NCBI GenBank assembly: GCA_963663165.1
Contig: OY760175.1
Coordinates: 1,888,001 to 1,952,000 of the forward strand
DNA from: an uncultured Desulfospira sp.
GTDB lineage: Bacteria; Desulfobacterota; Desulfobacteria; Desulfobacterales; Desulfobacteraceae
Direction: 5' to 3'
Length of the DNA stretch: 64,000 bases
Each line of letters begins with the position of its first letter. Position 1 is the first letter of the stretch. This document shows, piece by piece, positions 49,570 through 59,800 of this stretch. Under the pieces are notes generated by a model. The model made no database searches and was not told the origin of the DNA. It worked only from the letters and a program-made list of their open reading frames with translations. Position numbers and translations under genes: made by a program.

Positions 49570-50811
49570 TTAGAGCTGCCATACCCATTTGATCCCCAGA
49601 AACAGGGTCACCAGCAGGGCCGCCCCGCCCCCGGCGTTTAAAAGCCACCCGTTTTTATGGTCTCCGGCAAAGGCGCGGTCATTGAGCAGCTTTAAAAAAA
49701 TAGCCACAAACAGCGGGGTCCCCATGAACGACAGGGCCAGCATGATCAGCAAAAGGTTAACGGGCCGGCCTGACAAAAAGGCCCCGGGCAGGGCAATAAG
49801 GCAGCCCAAAAGTACTGTCAGCCGGTATTTGGGACTTTGAGGCTGCATGTCCCACTTCATCTTATCCCCCACCACATAGGCAGCGGCAATAAAGGTGGGC
49901 ATGATGGTTGAAAATACGGCACACCAGATGCCAAGGCAGAAAAATCCATGGGCATAGCCCCCCAGCAGCGGGGCAATGGCATCGGCCATCTCAAACAGGG
50001 TGTTGACGCTGATGCCCGCTGGATGGAGGACACAGGCCCCGGTAAGGTAAATGGCCGTGCAGTAGATCCCGAACGCCCCCAGAAGAGAGATGGCCGTGTC
50101 GGTCAGGGCAAATTTCAAGTCCGCTGTTTTCCAGCCCTTTTCATGAACGGTATAGGTCTGCATGGACAAGATGGTCACGTGGATGGACCCACCCATGATG
50201 GCGGTCATCATCAGCACCTCGGACCTGCCGAAATGGGTGAGATCCGGCACCAGGCCGGCCAGGGCCAGGCCCAGATCCGGCCTGGCGATGAACAAGGTGC
50301 CGATAAAACAGACCACCAGCAGTGAAACAATAATTTTGCACAAAATTTCTATGGCCTTGTATCCGCCGTGGGCCACAAGGCCGTAGAACACGGCGGCAAA
50401 CAAAAGTCCCCACCAAGGGGTATCCACACCGGTGACAAATCCGGTCACCGCCACCAGAATTTTCAACAGCACCACATTGCACAGCCAGATAACGATAAGG
50501 GCGTCCAGGGCCACCACCCAGGCCGGCAGGCCCCCCCATTTTTCTTCCACAATGGAGACGATCCCTTTTTCGCCGATCAGTGCGGTTTTGGCCGCCATGT
50601 ACTGGCAGACAAAGGCCAGGACCACACTGAGTACCACCACCCACAGGAAATCATACCCATAGGTCCCCCCGGCTTTGGCCACACTCAGGGTAGTGCCGGG
50701 GCCGGCCGCCACGGCGCTGATGACCCAGGCCGGGCCAAAAGAAGCTGCAATCCGGCCAATAGAAAAAGATTTTTGATGAGACGAACGAATGCTATCTTGT
50801 GAATATGCCAT
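49570..50811 (-). CDS. Nramp/APC-superfamily transporter
   Basis: GPAWVISAVAAGPG, AGGTYGYDFLW; about 11 TM; lacks the DPGN motif. Confidence 0.82.
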   Translation of the reverse strand: MAYSQDSIRSSHQKSFSIGRIAASFGPAWVISAVAAGPGTTLSVAKAGGTYGYDFLWVVVLSVVLAFVCQYMAAKTALIGEKGIVSIVEEKWGGLPAWVVALDALIVIWLCNVVLLKILVAVTGFVTGVDTPWWGLLFAAVFYGLVAHGGYKAIEILCKIIVSLLVVCFIGTLFIARPDLGLALAGLVPDLTHFGRSEVLMMTAIMGGSIHVTILSMQTYTVHEKGWKTADLKFALTDTAISLLGAFGIYCTAIYLTGACVLHPAGISVNTLFEMADAIAPLLGGYAHGFFCLGIWCAVFSTIMPTFIAAAYVVGDKMKWDMQPQSPKYRLTVLLGCLIALPGAFLSGRPVNLLLIMLALSFMGTPLFVAIFLKLLNDRAFAGDHKNGWLLNAGGGAALLVTLFLGIKWVWQL

Positions 50812-50828
50812 GATGTCTCCTAAGGCCT

Positions 50829-51722
50829 TCAGGCCTGATTCTGGTTCATATGATGGATGTCTGCCTTCAGACGCCTGCAGATGGTTTGTTCATCAAGGGC
50901 GTACAGGCTGTCAAAAAAATGTCCCATGAAGAAGCCGGGACCGCTGGTTTTTTCTCCGGCAAGCTCACCGGCAATCCCGGTAACGGCCACGGCTGCAGCA
51001 GCCGCATCAACGGCATTGTCCGCCACAGCGTAAAATGCAGCGCAAATGGCAGACAGCATGCACCCGGTGCCGGTGACCATGCCCATGAGTTCAGACCCGT
51101 TGAAGATCCGGATCAGCCGCGACGGCCCCAGTACCAGGTCGGTTTTCCCCGAGACAACCAGGGCGGACGCCGATGACATCAGCCGGTGGGCCCGGTCCGG
51201 AACCTCTTGAGCAGCGGCAGCCGGCCGGCCGTGGTGCAAAAGGATTTCTTTGGCCTGTTCCGGTGACACCGTGTTGTCCACCCCTTTTGAAGGCAGGCAG
51301 GTTCCGGCAAGGGCGCAGATTTCCGATGCATTTCCCTTAATTATCTTGGTTGGTGCTGCGGTGTTAAGGTCTTTGGCCAGGTCTGTCCGGTAGGGTCCGG
51401 CACCCGCCCCTACCGGGTCCAGGACCACTGGTTTCCCCGTGTCTCCGGCCATGGCCATCAACGTCTTCATCACGGACACGCGGTCTTCCACAGGGGTTCC
51501 CGTGTTGATACACAGGGCATCAGACATCCCGGACAGATATGGTGCATCCGGTCCAGCCCAGGACATCATGGGAGAGGCACCCAAGGCCAGGAGTGCGTTG
51601 GCGGTCTGGTTCATCACCACAAAATTGGTGACCACATGAACCAGGGGCCTGCCCTGTTTCACCCGGGCAAAAAGGCTGTAAATTTCTTTGGCAAGGTCAT
51701 CGGTTTTCATCTTATGGCACAC
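50829..51722 (-). CDS. thiM: Hydroxyethylthiazole kinase
   Basis: PLVHVVTNFV, ANALLALGASPMM, VLDPVGAG, KGNASEI, VTGTGC. Confidence 0.93.
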   Translation of the reverse strand: MCHKMKTDDLAKEIYSLFARVKQGRPLVHVVTNFVVMNQTANALLALGASPMMSWAGPDAPYLSGMSDALCINTGTPVEDRVSVMKTLMAMAGDTGKPVVLDPVGAGAGPYRTDLAKDLNTAAPTKIIKGNASEICALAGTCLPSKGVDNTVSPEQAKEILLHHGRPAAAAQEVPDRAHRLMSSASALVVSGKTDLVLGPSRLIRIFNGSELMGMVTGTGCMLSAICAAFYAVADNAVDAAAAAVAVTGIAGELAGEKTSGPGFFMGHFFDSLYALDEQTICRRLKADIHHMNQNQA

Positions 51723-51835
51723 CTTTCCTTAAAAACTTTCCGGGGAAAGCATAAACGGCAGTGCCACAGCATGCGGAACGGATTTACAGGAATTTTAAAA
51801 GCCGTGATCAAAATGGCAGAAAAACCATTTTGGTA

Positions 51836-51930
51836 TCCGCTTCCCTGCGTCGGTATTATCCGCATCAGGTTCCAAGGGTCGGAAAACTTGAATGTTCCCC
51901 TCTCAGCCGTTTAAAGCGCCCCCAGCAAAG
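51836..51930 (-). ncRNA. TPP riboswitch
   Basis: GGGGCGC...GGCTGAGA...GACCCTTGGAACCTGATGCGGATAATACCGACGCAGGGAAGC, upstream of thiM. Confidence 0.93.
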
Positions 51931-51977
51931 ATTGTGTTCAGCGCCATAATATGGCGGATATTTTAGAATCCGTCAAG

Positions 51978-52101
51978 CAATGCCATTAACTTAAGAAATT
52001 TGGCATACCGCGCAGGGGTTATGAAATGGGCGCCAACGGCGCTTCACCCTCTTGTCTCTTGTTTCCAGTTTCTTGTATTAACGCTTAAGTTAATGACATT
52101 G
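51978..52101. mobile_element. MITE (124 bp) with the ends of the resident IS4
   Basis: CAATGCCATTAACTTAAG...CTTAAGTTAATGACATTG; 10-bp TSD ATCCGTCAAG. Confidence 0.9.
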
Positions 52102-52345
52102 ATCCGTCAAGCCTGAAAGAAAACCGGAGGAATTGGGAAATTATTTTCCCATATGTGTTACATTTTTTGCCTAATTTGTGTCATTTTTTGCCCAAATTCG
52201 TGCATTTTTTGCAACCCACCCCGGTTCATGTTCCTGGTACGGCTTTCCCAGGCCGGCACACAACATACACCAACCATTTAAAATGACAGGATTTAACACG
52301 GACCATCGGCATTTCATTCCTTTATACGGGCCTTTTCACAACAAC

Positions 52346-52361
52346 TGGCACTGTTGTTGCT
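52346..52361 (+). promoter_or_regulatory. Sigma54 -24/-12 promoter upstream of the S8 protease
   Basis: TGGCACTGTTGTTGCT. Confidence 0.75.
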
Positions 52362-52508
52362 TTTATTTTTGATCAGGTTTTATTATAATAGTTGGCGTGG
52401 TTTGCAGTAAATTTATCCGTGAGGCGACCTAACACATTGCTGTCTTCGGTGCACCCACCTTGTTAACAGATGGACCTCTATTGAATTAAAATCAAAAGAC
52501 GAGGGATC

Positions 52509-54821
52509 ATGCGAAATTTTAGTTTATTTTTCCGTTCCTTTCTGGCGGTCATTGCCGGGCTCACCTTTCAATGGGCAACACCGGCATGGGCAGGCGCTTC
52601 TCCCGGACAAAGCCAGCCAAACCGATTATCCGCTTCCGGGACAACCGGTCATCACCAGATGGATTTTACCGGGATTTTCGGAAAAAATAAGGCCCAGAAG
52701 GCCAGAGCGGTTTTCGCCAGCCCGAAACTCACCGCACCGGATACCATGCTAAACGATTTTATGAATAACAAAACCCGAACCCGGGTCATTATCAACTTAA
52801 AAAACACCGATAAGGCCGCCCACAGAAAACGGATAAAAACCACGCAAGGCCGAAAGCTGGCCGGCCAGCTGGCCAGGCAGGCCCAGGACACGGTATTGTC
52901 CAGAATGGATGCCAATGAAGTCCGGACCCACACCCGGTTTACGTTAAATTATGGGTTTGCCGCCAGCGTGACCCTCGAAGGCCTTTCCCAGCTTGAAGAT
53001 GATCCGGATGTCGTTTCCATTGAAGCGGATAAAATTCATTACGCCCAAGGGGCTCAGGCCATCCCTTTGATGAGCGCAGCCCCGGCCAGAAGCGAATATG
53101 GCGGTGCCGGTATCGGTATTGCCATTCTGGATACCGGTATTGATTACACCCATCCCATGCTGGGAAACGGGGCGTTTCCCAACGACAAAGTCATCGGGGG
53201 GTATGATTGCGGGGATAATGACAGTGATCCAATGGATGAGCATTACCATGGCACGGCCTGTGCCGGAATCGCAGCCGGCGGCATACCGGCTTCCATCACC
53301 ACCGATTATATCGGGGGAGTGGCCCCTGAAGCCAAGCTGTTTGCCCTTAAGATAAGCGCCGGATCCAGCAATTCGGCCTATACGTCAGACATGGTAGAAG
53401 CCATTAACTGGTGCGTTACAAACCAGAACACCTACAGCTGTCCCATTATGATCATCAGCCTGAGTTTTGGTTCGGGGAAATATTACAGTGTCTGTGATGG
53501 GACGGACTCATCAATGGCAACAGCGGCACAAAATGCAAACGATGCCGGCATCACCCTTTTTGTCTCTTCGGGAAACGATGGGTATTGTGATGCCATATCC
53601 TCTCCGGCCTGCGTATCCAACATGATTTCCGTGGGGGCTGTTTATGATAATTATCTGGGCAGTCTTGCCTTTTGCGTTAATGAAGATTCCTGTGCAAATA
53701 TTTCATCCAACAGCGGGTGTTCTACAGGATACGCCGCCACGGATAAGGCCAGCGAAGATGTGGTTACTTCCTATTCCAACACGGCGTCTTTTCTTGACCT
53801 GCTGGCCCCATCCCATAACAACTACACCACGACCATCGGCGGTGCCTATAAATCAACCTTCGGCGGCACCTCTGCAGCCTGCCCCAATGCCGCCGGTGCG
53901 GCGGCGGTCCTGCAAAGTGCGGCCAAAGCCCTTTTAGGAGACTACCTGACGCCGGACCAGGTCCGGGCCATTATGACTCAAACCGGGGATGCATTAACCG
54001 ATGGAAAAGTGGCCATCACCAAACCCCGGGTAAACCTGGAAGCAGCTGTTGCCTTGGCGTCCATGGGGGATGTTGAATTCACCGCAGAACCCGAGGCCCT
54101 CTGCTTTCATGAAGACAATGCCGCCACCTTTACCGGCATTGCCCAGGGCACCCCGGCCACATGGGAATGGACCTTTTCACCGGATACGGTAACCTTTTTG
54201 GACGGCACATCCGAAAGCTCCCAGAACCCGACTGTACAGTTTGATGAACCCGGCACGTATTCGGTTTCATTATCTGTGGCATATGAAAGCGGGGCAGAGG
54301 CCATGCATACCAGAGAGGACTATATCACGGTTCACAACCAGTGCCAGGATGTTGTTTTTGAACTGGAAACCAACCGGAGCAGATCACAAATTTCCTGGAC
54401 CCTGGAAAATGCCGATGAACAAATCCTGTATTCCGACGGCCCTTATACCTTATCTTTTGGTGACACCCTGGAAATAACCGAATCCTTTTCCCTGCCTTCA
54501 GGGACCTATACCTTCACCATCTCCGATGATGGCGGCACTTACATGTATAGCCCGCCTTCGATTGCAACCAGTTACCGCCTGGGAAACGAGGACCGGGATA
54601 TCACCATTGTTTCCAACCCGGATTTCACAGGCGAAGAATCCACTGCGTTTACCCTGATCCGGCTGACCGATACGGACACCGACGGTGATGTGGACGGCAA
54701 GGACCTGTTCACCTTTATCCAGAATTACGGGGCCGGCAATTTCCCGGATGCGGATGTGAACAGTGATGAAGTGATCGATGAGCTGGATATGGAAACCTTT
54801 GTTTCGGATTTTGGCAACTGA
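52509..54821 (+). CDS. Secreted S8 subtilisin-like protease with PKD and C-terminal dockerin/EF-hand-like repeat
   Basis: Signal peptide; triad ILDTG / HGTACAG / GTSAA; WEWTF..NPTVQFDEPGTYSV; DTDGDVDGKD...DVNSDEVIDELD. Confidence 0.9.
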   Translation: MRNFSLFFRSFLAVIAGLTFQWATPAWAGASPGQSQPNRLSASGTTGHHQMDFTGIFGKNKAQKARAVFASPKLTAPDTMLNDFMNNKTRTRVIINLKNTDKAAHRKRIKTTQGRKLAGQLARQAQDTVLSRMDANEVRTHTRFTLNYGFAASVTLEGLSQLEDDPDVVSIEADKIHYAQGAQAIPLMSAAPARSEYGGAGIGIAILDTGIDYTHPMLGNGAFPNDKVIGGYDCGDNDSDPMDEHYHGTACAGIAAGGIPASITTDYIGGVAPEAKLFALKISAGSSNSAYTSDMVEAINWCVTNQNTYSCPIMIISLSFGSGKYYSVCDGTDSSMATAAQNANDAGITLFVSSGNDGYCDAISSPACVSNMISVGAVYDNYLGSLAFCVNEDSCANISSNSGCSTGYAATDKASEDVVTSYSNTASFLDLLAPSHNNYTTTIGGAYKSTFGGTSAACPNAAGAAAVLQSAAKALLGDYLTPDQVRAIMTQTGDALTDGKVAITKPRVNLEAAVALASMGDVEFTAEPEALCFHEDNAATFTGIAQGTPATWEWTFSPDTVTFLDGTSESSQNPTVQFDEPGTYSVSLSVAYESGAEAMHTREDYITVHNQCQDVVFELETNRSRSQISWTLENADEQILYSDGPYTLSFGDTLEITESFSLPSGTYTFTISDDGGTYMYSPPSIATSYRLGNEDRDITIVSNPDFTGEESTAFTLIRLTDTDTDGDVDGKDLFTFIQNYGAGNFPDADVNSDEVIDELDMETFVSDFGN

Positions 54822-55259
54822 TCCGGCCAATGCCGGCGTCAATGAAGGGCGCTGCTGCGCTCCCTGCACCTGCTATTGCGCAGCAGCTTCAAATTTATCA
54901 AGGTTTTCCCCCAAACACAAAATACGGTTAATCAATATAATGTAGGGATTTAGGCTGAAGACTGTAGGGGTTTAGGGCTGTGCATCCCTTCAGCCTGACC
55001 ACCTTCAGTCTAATGGCCTTTTCTACAAACTTAACCGGTTCCTAATATTCTCAAACCCCAAGTCCCAAGTCTATACATCAGGGTCTACCCGGGCAAAGGC
55101 ACTTTTCTTTTGCCCGGTTTTTTTATATGATCCCTTCTTGGTCTTCCCCTGCCTGACCGCTGTTTTTGAGGGCACAATTGCCGGGGTATCAAAGGACCAC
55201 TTGATTCTTTGCTGGAAACGTGTAGAATTTTAAAAATTTTTAAGCGTTAGGGGAGCCCC

Positions 55260-56849
55260 ATGTCGTTACAAAATAAATTTTTAATGATCTTCGGAATGCT
55301 CTTTCTATTCTTTGGGCTATCTTTATTTGCCATTAACCGGGGGATTATTCTGCCCGGCTTTATCCGGCTTGAGCAGGATGAATCCCTTCAAAACCTGAAC
55401 CGGGTGAACGCAGCCATAATTAATGAAATTTCAAAGTTGGATGCATTGTGTCAAAGTTCAGGGGCCCGGGACTATGCCTGTGATTTTATGGCAACCGGTT
55501 CCCAGGTGTATAAAGACTCATTTTTGGGCCTTGAATCATTTGTCACCGGCAACCTGAATATGGTCTGCTATTTAACCCCGGACGACAGGCTTTTCTGGGA
55601 AAAAGCCTATGACCTGACAAAACGGGAATCCATCCCCCTGCCCGCTCTTTTCAGGAACCATTTTCCCAAACAGTTTACCCCGCTTAAATGGCCGGCCACA
55701 GACCTGGCCCATGCCGGTAAAAAAGGGATTTTATTAACCCCGAAAGGGCCGTTGATGATTGCGGTCCGGCCCATCATCCCCTCAGACAGAACCGGCCCGG
55801 CCCGGGGAACCCTCATTATGGGCAGGTTTTTAAGTGATCCCCTGATCAATAAAATCAAGGCCGACACAAAGGCGGATTTTGGACTTCATTTCTGTGATGA
55901 GGACCTTCCCTTGAATTTGGCCGAAATCAGCCAACAGTTGAAACCGCCGTTAACCCATCTGATCAAAAAAAGCCGGAACGTTTTATTCTTTTACAGCGCG
56001 TTTTTGTCCCTTGATAACACCCCGGCGTTTCTCATTGAAGTCAAATTTCCCAGGCAGATGACCCAGCAGGGATTGATGGCCATCCGGCATGCCTTGCTGC
56101 TGCTGATCGGCGCAGGGTTTTTTATTGTGGCCATCGGCCTGATCCTGGCCAGGAAAACCATGATCACACCGCTCGTTGAAATGTCCCGGAAAACAACGGA
56201 GATTGAAGACGGCCACTACGAATCCCGGTTAGCGACAACCCGCAAAGATGAGATCGGCAAGCTTTCCTTCGGCATCAATACCCTGGCCGCCAAAATTGAG
56301 GAGCAGTCCCTTGAACTTGAAAGATTGTCATACCTTGACGGCCTGACAGGGGTCCACAACAAGCGGTTTTTCGACCAGGCCCTGGACCGGGAGTGGAAAC
56401 GCAATTTCCGGGAAAAACAGTATTTATCCACCCTCATATGTGATGTGGATTATTTTAAATTGTTCAACGACAAATACGGTTATATTCTGGCAGACAAATG
56501 CCTTCAACTGGTGGCCGAGGCGATCCAGGCCGCCCTTAAAAGGCCGTCGGATCTGGTTGCCCGGTATGCGGGCGAAAAATTCATCATCCTGCTTCCGGCC
56601 ACCCCGCCTGAAGGTGCCCTGACCCTGTCCGACACCATCAGAAAAAAAATCCATGAACTGGGGATAAAGCATGAGGCCTCCCCCATTGACAAGTATGTGA
56701 CCTTAAGTTTAGGGGTTTCCAGTACGGTCCCGCACCAGCTGCGGACCCCGGCCGACCTGGTCAACGCCGCCGGCAAGGCCTTGCAGGAGTGCAAAGACAA
56801 GGGCCGCAACAGGGTTGTATTAAACACCTTGTCCCAGAAAGATGCCTGA
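55260..56849 (+). CDS. CHASE4-HAMP-GGDEF protein with degenerate active site
   Basis: DGLTGVHNKR, DVDYFKLFND, RPSD...RYAGEKF. Confidence 0.88.
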   Translation: MSLQNKFLMIFGMLFLFFGLSLFAINRGIILPGFIRLEQDESLQNLNRVNAAIINEISKLDALCQSSGARDYACDFMATGSQVYKDSFLGLESFVTGNLNMVCYLTPDDRLFWEKAYDLTKRESIPLPALFRNHFPKQFTPLKWPATDLAHAGKKGILLTPKGPLMIAVRPIIPSDRTGPARGTLIMGRFLSDPLINKIKADTKADFGLHFCDEDLPLNLAEISQQLKPPLTHLIKKSRNVLFFYSAFLSLDNTPAFLIEVKFPRQMTQQGLMAIRHALLLLIGAGFFIVAIGLILARKTMITPLVEMSRKTTEIEDGHYESRLATTRKDEIGKLSFGINTLAAKIEEQSLELERLSYLDGLTGVHNKRFFDQALDREWKRNFREKQYLSTLICDVDYFKLFNDKYGYILADKCLQLVAEAIQAALKRPSDLVARYAGEKFIILLPATPPEGALTLSDTIRKKIHELGIKHEASPIDKYVTLSLGVSSTVPHQLRTPADLVNAAGKALQECKDKGRNRVVLNTLSQKDA

Positions 56850-59800
56850 CAAAGATATCCCCCCATTCCCGCCCCCCAAACAATCCGGATGTCTTTTGCG
56901 CCTGGCTTTCATCGGGGTCTGCCTGTTGGCCGGCCTGGCGGCCGCCGGCACGGTTTACCTTGAGAGCGGCCGGGCCCAGCGGTTTATCCAGAAAACCATC
57001 AATGACATCATTCCGGGCAGCCTGGCATGGGAAAAGACAGACCTTTCCCTTTTGGCCGGAAAGGTCAAAATCTACGGCCTTACCCTGTCCCATGGCCCGG
57101 AAAATGTCCTGGCAAAGATTCCCCTTCTTGAGGTGGATCTTTCGTTGAAACAACTGGTTAAGGGACAATTAAACGTCACGGCCGTGTCGGTGGACCAGCC
57201 CCGGCTGTCCCTGATGGTTTCCGAAAAAGGGGAGATCAACCTGTTAAAGGCCCTGGTCCCGGAAACCGGCGGGGATGAGGATTCCAACGCGGTCCCCTTT
57301 ACACTGGCCGTGGGGCAGATTCGGGTCCATAAGGCTATCTTCAACTTGAAAGCGCCCGGTATGGCCCTGGACATCCCCTGCCTCGACCTTGCCATAACCG
57401 ATGTTGATATAGAAACCCTGGCGGCATCGGTCAATACATCGCTCCAGGCCGGACAGCTTCATTACGGCGACACCGATATGTTTCTGGAATCCATGAAGGC
57501 CCAGGGACGCTTTGACCAGGACAGGCTTACGGACCTTTTTCTGGCCGCAACGCTCCCGGGCATTGACGTCAAGGCCCGGGGAAGCCTTTCGAATTTATTT
57601 GGCAATCCGGTCCTGGACCTGACGGCAGCCCTTGATATAAAGGCCCTTGAAGCCGCAAAAGCCTGGGGACTGCCCCCGGATCTGGTCCAGGGAAAGGCCG
57701 GGATTAATCTGAGCGTCAAAGGCCGGCTGGACAACCCCGACGCAGACATCCGCATAGAGTCCAGCCAGTGCCGTATCCAGAAAACAGCGGTGACAGACAT
57801 CCATATTTCAGCCGCCCTGAAAGACCGGCAGATCACCATTGACCAATTCGGGTTTGACCCGGGATCAGGGCCTGTAACCATCACCGGGAAAGTGGATCTT
57901 TCAAACACCTTTCCCAAAGGCTTTACCAACAGCCCGGCCGGTCCTGAAACCATCCGGTATGACCTGGCGGCCCGGCAGGATTCCCTTTCACTGGCCGCCC
58001 TGGGCCTGCCCGAAAATGCCCCTGAAGGCACCCTGTCCGCCCGGGTGACGGTCACCGGCCAGGGCGTGGTTCCGGGCAACATATCGGCAAATGCCCAGGC
58101 CGACATTCAAAGCAATGATCTCACCTATCCCCGGCTGGCGGCGCCGGCAGCCCTTCGCCTTCAGGGCCGGGCCGATCTTATGGGAACGGTGTTGTCCCTC
58201 TCGCGCCTTGACATTGAAGGCCCCGGCTTTTCAGGTAACGGAACCGGCCGCCTTGATTTAGCATCCCTGGATCCGGGAACCATGACACTGGCCGGCAGCC
58301 TTGATCTCAATCTATCGGACATGGCCCTGTTATCGGAACGCCTGGGCCAAACCATTTCCGGTACCGGACAGGCCCGTCTCGATGTGGGGGGGGCCTTATC
58401 CGCTCCCACCCTTACCCTTGACCTTAAGGCCGAAGGCATCGCGGCACAGGGGATACCGGTTAACGAGCTGTCCTGTCTTGCCGCAGCCGATGGGAACGGA
58501 ATTCGTCTCAAGAGCCTTGAGGCCAGGCAAGGCAAGGGGCTGGTAACAGCCCAAGGCACTCTTGACACCGCCCGGGGACTTGATGCCCTGATCCGGTTTG
58601 ACAACATCAACCCGGAGGATATGGCATTGGATGTAGACGCCCAGGGGGTTTTCACCGGGAAAATCAAAATTTCAGGAACATTGGACCAGCCGGAGCTGTC
58701 CGCTGAAATTGCCGGAACCGGTCTGGCCGTCCGTGACATTGCCATAGGGGATTTGAATGCCGGCCTGAACTTTAAGGACAGCCGGCTGACCATCGAACAG
58801 GCCCGTATCCAACAAAACAAGGCAAAGGTTACCATGACCGGCGCGGTAAACCTGAAAGACCAGACCCTTGACATCCGGGTCCTGGCCCCCAAATTTGATA
58901 TGACCCAGCTGGAGGGGGTCCCGGAATCCGGCCTGGCTGCGGGAAAAGCGGCCTTTGAGCTGACCGCATCCGGCAGCCTGTCCGAGCCCCGGGTTTCCGG
59001 CTGGATAAAGGCTGACCATGTCGGTCTGTCAGGCTATTCAGACATTGCTGTGAATATGGATGCCTCGTTTCAGACCCAGGGTCCTTTTAATGATCCGGCC
59101 AAGGCCTGTGCCCAGGTCAATTTGAAAAAAGTCTTCCTGTTTCAGCAGGACAAACCCCTGATCCGGATCAGCGATGCTGAGGCCAGGCTTTCGGAAGGAG
59201 GGATCCTGCTGCCCCCGGTTCCGGTGAAAATCCTGGATCAGGGCATCCTGACCCTGTCCGCCAACGGGGACCTTGACAACAACCTGACCGCCCAGGCCTC
59301 AGGCAATATTCCCGTGGCCATGCTGGCCCCCCTGTCTCCAAAAATCAGTTCGGCAAGCGGGGATATCAAGGTCTCTTTGTCGGCTCAGGGCAGCTTCCTG
59401 TCACCCCGCCTTCAGGGGAGCTTTGACTTTTCAGACCTGACCCTGGGGCTGGCCGTTTTAGAAGAACCCTTAGAACATATCACCGGCCATGTCCTGTTCA
59501 CCCCCCAGAGCGTTGAAATCAAGGAGATTACCGCATCACTGGGACAGGGACAGATCAAGCTTTCCGGCCGGTCCGCCCTGGTGCAGGGCCAGCCAGACCA
59601 ATTTTCCCTGTCCATCTCGGCCCACCAGGTGCCAATGGACATTCCGGACACCATGACCCTGACCCTGAACAGCAGCCTTGACCTGACCGGCACCCTGAAA
59701 CATTCCACCTTATCCGGCAAGATCGATATCCTGGAAGGCCTCTATTATAAGGATGTGGACCTGAGCCTGATCAGCCTGGCCGCGGGCCAGATCAAAAAAG

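Noticed and set aside
52415..52485. c-di-GMP riboswitch in the protease leader
   Set aside because: There is some pairing potential but no recognisable GEMM consensus.
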